From NCBI GenBank assembly GCA_030265395.1, contig JARFYF010000051.1:29014237-29078236 (forward strand): a stretch of DNA of 64,000 nucleotides, given 5' to 3'. Under the pieces are notes generated by a model that was not told where the DNA came from, searched no databases, and saw only the letters and a list, made by a program, of their open reading frames with translations. The position numbers and the translations under genes are program-made. Positions within the stretch are counted from its first letter, which is position 1; each line of letters starts with the position of its first letter. Positions 39,701-51,300 of the stretch are shown here, one piece after another. The stretch comes from Rhina ancylostomus. Taxonomy: Eukaryota.

Positions 39701-40859
39701 TTGGAACAGAATGCCAAAGGTTTAAGAAGCATCATAAAGGAAAGAAGAGAAGTTAGGAGACAGAGTGTTTTATGGAGGTAATTCCAGAGTTTAGGGCCCT
39801 GGCAATGGAATCACAGCCAATAATGATGGTTGTGCAAGAGATCAGAAATGGAGGAACGAAAGGCTAAAAAGTTCGTAGATCTAAAAGAGTTGAGATCAGA
39901 GCCATGGGAAGTCTTGTATTTTGTAATTGAGATTTTATAATTGCCAATAATGAAGACCAACATCAAATATCTGTGTAATTCACTTACCATCTCCTTACAT
40001 TCTATGGTTAGTTTCCCAGACCCACTTCCTATAGGACTGTTACTTGTTAACTCTTTTATTAAATATCTTTAGAAACTCATACTACTCATATTTCTTTTGC
40101 TAGCTAGCTTTGTTTCATTCCCTGGCTATTTCTTCCTTACTAATTTTTCAATCACACGTTGTTATTTTCTATATTCTGTCCATTTTTCTGACTTGCCACC
40201 TGTCCTTGCACAATTAAGTGCTATTTGACACAGCAGTTTAAAATTGGGCATCTTTGGAGCACAGCGGTGGAGCACATTGACACAGTGGCACAACTGCATT
40301 CCCGGCAATCTATAATCCCATGGCCTTTCCCGTTAAGGGGAGTGAACCGTACAGAGAATGCGGCGAACGTGCACACCTGTATACATTTGCATGCCGGTCA
40401 GTCAATCGGCCAGCGGATCAACGGCACGAATGCAGCAAGTACGCCTGCGCGCACCTATATGCACGCATGCGCCTGCCAGTCAATCGCTCAGCAGACACAC
40501 AACACCCTCCTATGCGCGGAACATCACTTTTGGCACAGGACTTCAGGCACTCGCGTGCTTCTAGGTCTCCGTCGACTCTCTCGTTGATCTACAACTGTAA
40601 ATTGCTCAGTTTCTTTACTTTGGTTAATATGCATCATTTAAGATGTTTATTCTATCATACCATTGTCATCTTGCTCTGTGCATATGTAACAGGGAGAAAA
40701 TCTGGATCAGTGAGGAGAGCAGAAGAAGCTTTTAGAAGCAGCACAAGGAAATAACTGATAAGATCAAAGTTCCACAGTGGAGAAGAAATTAAACTGTTAA
40801 CAAAAGAGAACATGTAAACATCATTAATAATGCCAGTGCCCAGCACGAATAAAAGACAA

Positions 40860-41780
40860 GAGTGAAGCATTTGTAATCATCTACAATCAAAGATCCCAAG
40901 TATCTCATTTTGTGCATCAGGTCCTCACCACCACAGAAGCCAACAGCAGACTCAAAAATATCAAGTGCACTGGATAAACCAAAGGCTACAGGTCTGACCA
41001 CATCCCAATTGAAGTGCTGAATTATGCTGCAGCAGTTGCCATAGCTCCAGTCAAGCAGTTCCTCTGCAGCTGTAGCACTAGCATCTGAACAACAATGTGG
41101 AGAAATTTTCCTGGTATCATCTACAGAACCAAAAGGTAGACAATTCAATGTGGTTGATTGTCTGACCATTGGCCTCCTTTCAATCATCAATAATGCTATC
41201 AAGTAGCACTTACCTGTACTTGCCTCACTGACATCAGTTTGGATTCTGCCAGGACCACTTGGAATAGGACTTCATTACAGCCCATCTAAATATGGTCAGG
41301 GCTGAATTGCAGAGGCAAGATAAGAATGTCATCAGAGCATCACTTGACTAAATGTGGCAACAAAGAGCCTGAGCAAAATTGAAGTCATTTGCTGAAGCCA
41401 TATTAGCACAAAGAAAGATGTCTGTGCTGTTGCAGACCAATTATTTATGCCCAGGGCAATGCTGCAGAAGTTCCTCAGGATATTGTCCAAAACCCAACAA
41501 TCTACAGCTGCTTCAAACACCTTTCTCCATCATAAAATCAATATAAAAATAAAGACATTTTTAATGACTGCCCAGTGTCCCTTCTATTTGCAACCTTGCA
41601 GAAAATGAAACAAGTGTCTGCCAGTGTGCAACAAGGTCTCGACGGTATTCAGGTAATGGCTATGACTGGCAAGAAACATTCACACTGGATGTTCTAGGCA
41701 CTGACCCTCGATCAAAAGGGCATCTTGACTTGACATTGGATGTCATTATATTGCCAATCCCCCACCATCAACCTCAATGC
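40860..41780 (+). mobile_element. Decayed LINE RT fragment
   Basis: KATGLTTSQLK and tttggattctgccaggaccact (QFGF) remnants; similar to the family at 23040-23590 and 43130-43600. Confidence 0.55.
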
Positions 41781-41909
41781 CAGAGATGTTTGCCTGGGAG
41801 ATAACACTGACATGATTTTGCGTATCATTCCAGTGGTGCTCATCTTTCAAGCACCATGAGCTTTATGTCAGGTTTGGGGTCTTGATTATGAAACATCCTC
41901 TCCACTAAA

Positions 41910-42850
41910 CGACGCAAGAGACTACAGATGCGAACTCAGCAGGACAAGCCGCATCTGCAGAAGCAGAAGGATGGTCGACATTTCAGATCGAGACCCTGCA
42001 TCAGGACTGAGGAAAGTTTGAACAGAGTGCAGAAGTGAGAGGGAGGGGGTGAGACAGAGGCTGTAAGTGATAGATAGAATCAGATGAGTGGTGAATGATG
42101 GGCAGATGGAATCAGGTGGAGGAGGGGGAGGGAGTGGGTGCGTGCTGAGATAAAGACCAGTAGGAGATAGGTAGAACCAGAAAATAGAGGGATGATGGGC
42201 AGATGGAATCAGGTGAGGGAAAAGAGGAGGAACGAAAAAGGTGAACAAAGAGAGAAAGAGCCTGGATGGACTGGTAAGAGTGGGAAAGGAACATGGGGGG
42301 AGTGGGTTACCTGAAACTGGAAAATTTAAATGTTCATAGCTTTGGGCCGTAGGCCACCCATGCAGAATACGAGGCACTGTTCTTTTAGATTTAGCCTCAC
42401 TGTGGCAATGGAGAAGGCCAAGAACAGACAGGTCAATGTGGGAATGTGAAGGGGAGTTGAAATGATGTATAACCAGAAGCTCACGATGGCCATTACGGCC
42501 AGAGCACTGATACTCTGCAAAACAGTCACCAAGTCTACACTTGGTCTCGCCAATGTAGAGGAGGCTACATCATGAGCACTGAATGCAATAGACAAAGTTG
42601 GAGTTGCACATGAATTTCAACCGCACTTGGAAGGGCTTGTAGATCACTGGATGATGGTGAGGGAGGAATTGCAGACAGGTGTTGCACCTCCTACAGTTGC
42701 AGGGTAAACTGCCAGAGAGGGGTGGGTGGGAAGCGATGAACAGACCATGGATGGAGTGGACTCTGTGGAAAGCAGAAAGGGGAGAAGAGGAGAAGGTGTG
42801 ACTGGTGGTGGGATCCCACTGGAGCTGGAGGAGGTGGCAAAATATGATAT
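41910..42850 (-). mobile_element. Penelope-like element remnant with GIY-YIG endonuclease and hammerhead-bearing terminus
   Basis: Minus-strand translation around 42330-42600 gives VYCIQCS*CSLLYIGETKCRLGDCFAE...HFNSPSHSH...KEQCLVFCMGGLRPKAMNI, typical of the PLE GIY-YIG endonuclease. It is followed by a pyrimidine-rich tract and CAGTC-CTGATGC-AGGGTCTCGATCT-GAAAT-GTC-GAC at about 41972-42009. Confidence 0.85.
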
Positions 42851-42950
42851 NNNNNNNNNNNNNNNNNNNNNNNNNNNNNNNNNNNNNNNNNNNNNNNNNN
42901 NNNNNNNNNNNNNNNNNNNNNNNNNNNNNNNNNNNNNNNNNNNNNNNNNN

Positions 42951-43110
42951 CCATGAGGAACTTTATCAAACACCTTACTAAAATCCATATAGACCACATC
43001 TACTGCACTTCCCTCATCAATCTTCCTTGTCACCTTCTCAAAGAACTTTATCAGGCTTGTGAGGCAAGACCTTCCCTTCACAAAGCCATGCTGGCTGCCC
43101 CTAATCAGAC
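42951..43110 (-). mobile_element. CR1 RT fragment
   Basis: KGRSCLTSLIKFFEKVTRKIDEGSAVDVVYMDFSKVFDKVPH, canonical CR1 RT. Confidence 0.9.
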
Positions 43111-44299
43111 TTTTGCCTTAGTTGGCCAAAGGCTGTGATGGTGAACCGAAAGCCATGACGAACTTCATCATCCATGTCTGTTTTTGGAGAGAGGTGGAAA
43201 TAGCCCACATTGGCCAGGGTCTTGCTGTGAACCTTTGATGTCAGAGGGCAGCACAACTCTCTGCTTTATAAACGCACCACAAGTGTGGAATACAAAATCT
43301 AGAAGATGCAGTGGAGTAACTCAAGATCTTCAATTGTACCACCTCAGCCAATGAGGTGTATGGGAACACAAATGCAATTTCACCACCAAGTCATACATTT
43401 GTACTATTTAGAAATATATCACTGTTCTTTGATCATCATGAGCCAACGTCCTAAAATTTCATACCTTGACAGCACTGTGGAAATACCTTCTCCATGAGGG
43501 CTTTGGCAGTTCCATCAGGCAGCTCAACACCACCTTCTCAAGGCCAATAAATGATGGCATTAAATGCTCACCTTGCCAGCATAACTCACAGCCAAATTAA
43601 GAATGAAAGATTTGAGAAGAGTAGAAGATAAAAGACTGGACAGGAGAGCATTGAAGTGGTCAAGCTCAGAGTCACAAAGCCTTAAATGATGGTTTCAGCA
43701 GGTGAGCTTGAATTAAGAATGGAACAAGACACATTTATGGAAGTGGAAGGTTTGAGTACTGGAACAATACTTACGAAAAGTCATCAACCTGAAAAAGTAG
43801 CACTTTGTCCCAGATGATGCCTGACCTTGAGTATTCCTGACATTTTATGTTTTTTTTAGTTGAAGTTCTCTTCTATTTTAAAATAGGAAAAATACAGGCA
43901 AAGTTGTTTTGTAACAAAAGTATCTCCTTTGATCTTCACAGCAATCTCAAATGCTACTTCTGCTTATGCGATCTATAGTCAGGAGTTCAAATCTCACTAT
44001 GTCAGGCTGTGAAAATGAAACCAATTATATGTGAGTTAGCATGAATAAAATAAGAAAAATGCAACCAGTCTACCCTTTGGGAAAGGATACTCATCACCTT
44101 GAATTGATCTTCAAATGGCTATAGTTCACACCATAAGGCTGATTCATGTACTTTCTGAAAAGACTGACCAAAATGGATTAGAATGCATTTACTGTTTGGA
44201 CAATAAATATGGTGGCATCAGTACCATCTACATCCTGAAAACTTCAAAAAGAAAAATGTTTCATGTTCAAATTTTACCTCTATCATTCTACTGTTGAGA

Positions 44300-45635
44300 A
44301 TTGCTCTCAGGAAGTAAATTAATTCAACTGAAAGCCAATAAATCTCTAGGATCAGATGAACTGGATCCAAGGTTTTTGAAACAGCTGGTAATGGAACTAA
44401 TGGATGCAGTGGCTGTCATCCTCCAAAATTCCATTAGAACAGAAGGTGGCAAATAGATCCCCACTTTTAAGAGAGGGAGAGGAAAAAAAGGCCAGTTAGC
44501 CCGATGTCAGTAACAGAGAAAGTGCTGGAATCTATTATTAAGGAAAGGGTAATGGAACACGAGGAAAATAATAACCTAATTGGGCATAACTAACATAGAC
44601 TAATGAAAGAGAAATTATGTTTTACAAATCTATTAGCATTTCTGAGGTTGTCACTAACAAAACATGTCAGGCTGAACCAGTGTATGTTGTGCATTTGGAC
44701 TTTCAGAAGACCTTTGCTGAGGTAGCATAGAAGTTATGAAGCAAAATTACAGCATATGGAATTGAGAATAATACTCTGGTTAACAGACAGTTAAGCAGGG
44801 CAGGAGTAAAATGGTGAAAAATCTAAAAATTGCAGATGCTGGAAACCTAAAAGTGAAAACAGAAAATGCTGGAAATACTCAGCAGGTCAGCTGCATCTGT
44901 GGGATGAGGAACAGAGTCAAAGTTTCAAATCAGAGATGAAGTTCAATTCTGACAAGGGGACTCTGAGCTGAAATGTCAACTCTGTTTCTCTTCCCGCAGA
45001 TGTGACCTGAACTGCTGAATATTTCCAGCAATTTCTGTTTCAGGATTAACAAGTTATTTTTGTGTTCGGAAGCTGTAATGACTGGAGTACAACAGGAATC
45101 AATGCTTGGGCCCCAGTGATTCACAGAATGTATCATTGATTTGGATGAGAGGGCCAAGTGCAATGCATCCAAGTTGATGATGATTCACAATTGAATGGCA
45201 GTGTAAATTGTGAGAAGGATGCAGTGAGTCATCAAGAAGATATAAATATGCTAAGTGAATCGAAGCTGATGTGGCAAATGGAATATAATACAGATAAATA
45301 TGAAGTCATCCACTTTGGTAAAAAAAAATAGAAAAATAGAGTCTTTTTTTTAAGTGGAATGAGATCGTGAAGTGTTGGTGCTCAGAGGGACTGAAGTGCC
45401 TACGCATACAAATCACTGAAATTTGATATGCAGGAACAGCAAGCAATTGGGCAAACAAGTACCCTAAATGCAGGAAGAGTGGGTATAAGTAAAGGCATTG
45501 AGTTGTATTTATGAAGCATATTGATGAGACTGCACCTGGAATATTGTGTTTAGGTTTGATCTTCCTACCAAAGGATATACTTGCAATGGAGGGCCTACAG
45601 CAAAGATTCACCAGGTTGTTTCTTGGGATGGAATA
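44300..45635 (+). mobile_element. CR1 LINE ORF2 remnant interrupted by a PLE insert
   Basis: VHLDFQKTF, EVIHFG and KDILAMEGLQQRFTRLFLGM motifs. Confidence 0.8.
44811..45040. mobile_element. Inverted (head-to-head) Penelope-terminus insert inside a CR1 LINE
   Basis: About 70-bp imperfect inverted arms at 44857-44927 and 44969-45040. Degenerate hammerhead CTGACAA...GAAAT GTC at 44945-44981. Probable TSD caggagtaaa / caggattaac. Confidence 0.75.
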
Positions 45636-46799
45636 TTTAAAATTTAACCTGATCATCCGTAGTGATCTTCATTCTAATGTTTACAGAATTAAACATCAGA
45701 ATTGAATTTAAATAAATTTATGTTTTAAATGGAAATTTCAATTCCACCTTCAGTTTGTTATTAATAAATTCTTTGTGGTAAATATACCTGCACGTTAATA
45801 GTAAGATCAGAACTATTGCAGATATAATTACTGTCCCTTTGAAAGAATAGTTACAGTCACAGTTTAAATTTAATCAGACCCATGGTTGAAATATTCAGCG
45901 GCCTAATATTAGAGATTTCTTACCAAATGTTCAGGTAATTACTATCCCATAGTCTGTGATATGCATTTACCTTTAACATTGTACAAGGACAAGTTTCATT
46001 ATAACATCGCCACAGGGGTTCTTACACTGACAACAACATTTTTGTCTGTTCTCCCTGTACAATTGTTACTGTATCAATTGTTACAAAGAAAACTGCTTAC
46101 AGGCAAAAGGGAAATGAAGGATACGTACCAAAAATCTAATTAAGAAGGTTGGTAATGCAACAATTACATCATTCACTCTTTTTTTTGCTATCAATATATT
46201 ATATGACTTTATTTCTGCTGGGATTGCGGTCTAGCTCTTCATGTCTGAGAAACACAGAAATATAATAGCAAACAGCCTTTCTGAATCAACTCCAAACTTA
46301 ACCACAATTGGGAGCTTCAGGCACCTGTCAAAATTATGGCCACTTGGTTGTTCAACAAGTTTTAAATTACTGGGACATTTACAGAACACAAAGTCCCATT
46401 ATTCCATCAAATAAGATCCAGTAAGGAAGGCATCACCAACTTCATTAACAATTTACAAAGAATGTTGCTATTCCTAAATTTAAACTTTCACCTGCACAAG
46501 TGTCAATCCTTCCTCTTTTGGTTGAATGCATTTACTGTAAGCTGAATATCAAGTTGCAATCCACACTCCTCCGGTCACTCTGACCCAAGGCTGTACCCAG
46601 CACAGCTTGGTTCGGCTGATTGCTCCACCACAGACTATACTGTGGTCTGTTTCTTAACAAAAAACTTTTTACAATTTATTCAAGAAAATAAATGGAAAAA
46701 CAGGTATCCAAACTTCAAGAATCACAAAAGCATAAGGGCAATAATATACGTAACTGTTCCCCTGTACCAGCGCTGCCATTCACTGAGATAATAGTGATT

Positions 46800-47560
46800 A
46801 TAGAACATAGAACAGTACAACACAGGATCAGGCCTTCGGCCCACGATGCTGTGCTGAACTAATCAAACGCCTAAGTAAATTAATCCCTTCTGCCTACACA
46901 ATGCCCATATACCTCCATTCTCTGCATATTCATGTTCCTATCTCAGATACTTTTAAACACCTCTTTTGTATTTGCCTGCACTACCACCTTGGCAGCACAT
47001 TCCAGGCACACACTACTCTGTGTAAAAAAAACTTGTCCCACACATCTCCTTTGAATTTACCCCCAGTCACCTTAAATGCACACCCTCCAGTATTAGACAT
47101 TTTGACTCCGGGAAAAAGATACCAGCTATCTATCTATGCCTCTCTTAAGTTTATAAACCTCTATCAAGTCTCCCTTCAGCCTCCATTGCTCCAGAGAAAA
47201 CAACCCATATTTGCCCAACCTCTCCTTATTGCACATGCCCGCTAATCCAGGCAGCATTATGGTAAACCTCTTCTGCACCCTCTCCATAGTCTCCATATCC
47301 TTCCTATAATGGGGCAATCAGAACTGAATGAAATACTCCAGATGCAGCCTAACCAGAGTTTTGTATAGCTGCAGCATGACTCTTAAACTTGATACCTTGA
47401 CTACTAAAGGCTAACATGCCATACGCCTTCTTTACCACCCTATCAAATTGTGCAGCCACTTTCAGGGAACGATGGACTTGAACCCCAAGATCCATGTGTA
47501 CACCAACGCTGTTAAGGATGCTGCCATTAACTGTGCACTGTCCCTTTACATTGATCTCCC
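46800..47560 (-). mobile_element. CR1 LINE 3' end
   Basis: PHYRKDMETMERVQKRFTIMLPGLAGMCNKERLGKYGLFSLEQWRLKGDLIEVYKL; terminal (tagaaca)n repeat at 46801. Confidence 0.9.
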
Positions 47561-47599
47561 AATGTTTTTTTTCTCTTTTTTTTTGTTAGGCCAGTGTGA

Positions 47600-48910
47600 G
47601 CTGTTGCACTTTAGGAGAAAAAGTGACCTGACTTCATATAACATCCCTTACCCCTTGGTGAATAACCTTGTCCATCAAACTCAGATTTAAAATTTACAAC
47701 CAACATGCCATCAGCTCCTGAACTTCTACTGTTCACCCATTAAGAACTACTTCCTAACCCCTACTGAAAGGCCTGGCTCCAGTTTCTAGGCTAGATCCCA
47801 AAATGCAAGATTCTCCAATCAGTAGAAATAGTTTCTCAGCATTTACCCTCATTTCTCACTTGCATTTTGGAAAGTCCCCATCAAATTACCCCTTTACAGG
47901 AACTCCACTCTTACATTCTATAATCTCTGCACTTAGTTTATCCATTGGGAAGATTTCACAATGGCCAATATATCTTCCTTAAGATATGATTCTGAGAACA
48001 GCTTCCAGTCCTCCAGGTATGGTCTAACCAATGTTTCGTATTGCTTCTCAACACTATTTCCAAAGCCTGTATTTTAATCCTACAAACAAAAAGTCTGTTG
48101 TCTAGTTTGATTACTTTCAAAACCTTATCACAATATTTTTAATGATTTATGCATGAAGATTCCAAATTCTCCATGGGTCTCTACTTCTAACTTAACAACA
48201 TTTAGAAAGGTCTATATGAATGACTTCAAATCTGCCTGCATTAAAAAGCATTGGTAACTGTTTTGTCCAAACTAATACCTTTTTGGAAGTTTCTCTTTCC
48301 ATCTACATTGCTTACAATGTTACCTATCTTGCATCATAAGCAAACTTAATACGTGGCCTTCCATCCCTTCACCCAAGTCAATTAGAACACAGCTGAAATA
48401 GATGCAACCACATTGAATGATACCACTTGCAAGATACCACTTGCCAATTTAATCACCTATGAATTATCTCTCGTTTTTGTTCCTTTCCACTCATTTAACT
48501 TCCTAACCAGGACAACAATTTGCCTTCAATTCTGGAAGTTTCAAATTTTGCAAACAATCTTTTGTGGAGATTATTATTAAATATCTTCTGGAAGTCAATT
48601 TGATTAACATCCATGGACATTTCTTGTCCACTACTTTTAGTCACTCCTTTGAAAAAATTCAACCAGGCTTACCATGCATGACCTACACTTCAGAAATTCA
48701 TGCTCTTTCTCTCTGAAAAAACTGAAAATGTTTAAGGTATTCTGTTCAATAATTGCATCATTAATTACAGACTGCAATATTGCCATGTACTAGTCATTAA
48801 ATTGGTCTATAATTCCCTGGTTCCTTGATCTCAACTTCCTTAAACAGCATAGATGACCAGCAAAAATTTTCACACTGAAACAGTGGTTGAATCAAGAGAA
48901 CTTTGGAAGG
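47600..48910 (-). mobile_element. Older CR1 LINE remnant
   Basis: Antisense CR1 RT nucleotide motifs (tatcttctggaagtcaatttgattaacatc; gcatgacctacacttcagaaattcatgct). Confidence 0.55.
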
Positions 48911-50071
48911 TATAAATATAGATCATCCTCCTGCAGCCAGCCATAACCTGGCAGCAATATGGGTTTGAGGCTGAGCACTTACTCATTTATACATATATAC
49001 TTTAAAAAACATGTGTATGCATGTGCACTGAAAATAAACTTCCCTAGCCCTACTCCTAATACCCTTAGACCTGTTTATGCACCTGACTTCATTATCCCAA
49101 TTCACCATCAAATACTGCACCCCTACCTCCAGTAACAAAACTCAAGCTACCAGGATTTTTTTCCTACTCATTTGTCTCAGACAAATCTCTTCCCTGTACA
49201 CTACATTTAAACTTATGACAAAATTGAATACGGAAAGCTTGAATGGAGTTTATGATCAAGATATAAGACACACAAAGACGAGAAGAAACTAAACTTCACA
49301 ATCTATAACAGGTTACATTTGTATCCGTGTAAGTTCTACAACATTATTGCATGGACTGTACTTTGAACTCAAACCTATATCTGGTCAATGGTAGGAAACC
49401 ACAAACTCTCTGCAGACCTACACCAGTTCTTTTTGCACCTTATCACTGGATAGCAACTGCCCATCCACCCTGAGCAAGGTAACGATGCTATCGCTACAAA
49501 CTGCAAGAGGGTGAAGTCAGCCACACGATAAACCTACGGCTAAAACCCTCTGGCAGTTCCTCAATGTGAGTGGATTGCAGATAATTGAAATGACAAAAAA
49601 AATCTGCGGTCTGCTCTTGGAAAGCTAATTCGAGTTCATCAACACCAAAATATGCTGTCCAGAAGTGAGTACAAATTAGCAATAGTCAAGAAGACAACCA
49701 GCAAGAATAAGTAAGGACAGCAATCTCTGCTGCAGGACCACTTCCTTAGTGTTTAAATAGGTTTGGGTTCCCAGAATGATGTGCATGTCGTCCTAGCAAA
49801 CACATTTTCTAAATGAAGTGTCAAATATGAGATGATCACTTGTCAAGTCCAATGAAAAAAAATCAGCATTTTTTTGCCCATTTTCCTGGTGCCAAGTTAC
49901 TGTCTTGAACATGCTGTTCCCTGGGAGCCTAGTTTAAAATAAACCATAAATCTGACAGGAGGAAGTCACTTATTAAATCCAGCAGAAATTCAACAAGGCA
50001 TTTTGACTCGGTAAACTAGGGACTGAAAAATCTGTCTTAACCCTCAGTGGCTTTCTTCCCCCTGGACTTCT

Positions 50072-51300
50072 CAAATTGCTATTTTTAAAAAAGGAAATCT
50101 GTAACAGTGCAACTAAGGCAAATTAGGGAATATACTAATGAGTCAGGGATTTGTATCATTTTGTGTAATAATTACATTAATCATATAAGCTACTTAAATA
50201 CCACTCAGAATTAAACAATACCCCCAACCATGCCAATTATATTTGAGAATGTATATTAATGAAGTTCTGTTATGGTATCAATGAATCTAAATGGTACGCA
50301 GTTATAAAATGCATACATTTGTTTCACATTTCAAGATTTTCCACTGCTCAAAAGAAATACAAGTTCCATTTAGAGTTCTGGGGCATTGTTATAAGGAATC
50401 CATCGAACCCACAGACCAATCTTGATCCAAACCCTGAAGACATGCATTTATTTCCTGTATTCCAATATGCTTCACATACAATAGAAGCTGGTTCGTTCAA
50501 AACCCTGTAAACAGTAATAAGGACAACAATCCATTAATCTGTATTTTGTAGTGGATTTACAGAGGATTGTTGGCCAGGTCATCATGCAATTTTAGCATCA
50601 TTGTATCGTTCTTGAGCCACTGAAGGTCTTGAGTTAACAAAGATGTTCCATCTCCAGTCAGCCTGCCTACCAGAAAGGAAACTACATTCTGTAATGATAT
50701 TAAACGAACAATGTTGATTTAATTCTTCCATCTGAAACAGAAGATGAGCCTTCCAGCCACAGGAAATAATTGTACATTGAACACTGCCTCTGAAAGGGTA
50801 AAGAGTTGTTCAGGGGGCATAAATTTAGGGCATAAAATATCATCAAGATGAAGGGCAAAGAAATGATGAGACAAGTGAACTAAATCTTCTTGCCAGTATA
50901 CAGAAACTGGCTTACACAAACAAGCTCACTATATTCTCATGCTTAAGTCAACAACAAAATAGAACTACAGAGTCATAGCCCTAGAGATGCTATACTGAAG
51001 GCCAAAAATCTCATCTGCTTTTCTCCTATCATCATAACAAAGTGAAAAACTAAGTATTCACAAATGCCCTGGCAAATTCCAAGATCTATGCAAACAAATT
51101 TCAAAATTGCTATTTTTTGAAAAAGAAACCTGTAACAGTGCAAATAATGCAAATTAGGGAATACTGTATAGGGAGTATACTAATGAGTCAGGAAGATTCA
51201 TAACTTTTTATGTCATAATTACATTAATTATATTAAGCTACTTAACTATCACTAAGAATTAAACAGCACCCAACCATGCCAATTATATTTGAGAACGTCA
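50072..51300 (+). repeat. Dispersed direct repeat of about 180-200 bp (copies at ~50072-50252 and ~51102-51298)
   Basis: Colinear shared blocks: aaattgctattttt, ctgtaacagtgcaa, gcaaattagggaata, tatactaatgagtcagg, ataattacattaat, taagctacttaa, agaattaaaca, cccaaccatgccaattatatttgagaa. Confidence 0.9.

Noticed and set aside
40225-40754. 120-144 aa ORFs over the CpG-rich island
   Set aside because: They are explained by stop-codon scarcity in GC-rich sequence, with no recognisable domain or splice support.
41922-42377. 151-aa Pro/Ser/Leu-rich ORF
   Set aside because: It is the low-complexity pyrimidine tract of the Penelope remnant, not a gene.
48419-48444. Short tandem duplications (gataccacttgc twice; similar ones near 32954 and 57233)
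   Set aside because: Ordinary slippage duplications, with no array or spacer structure.
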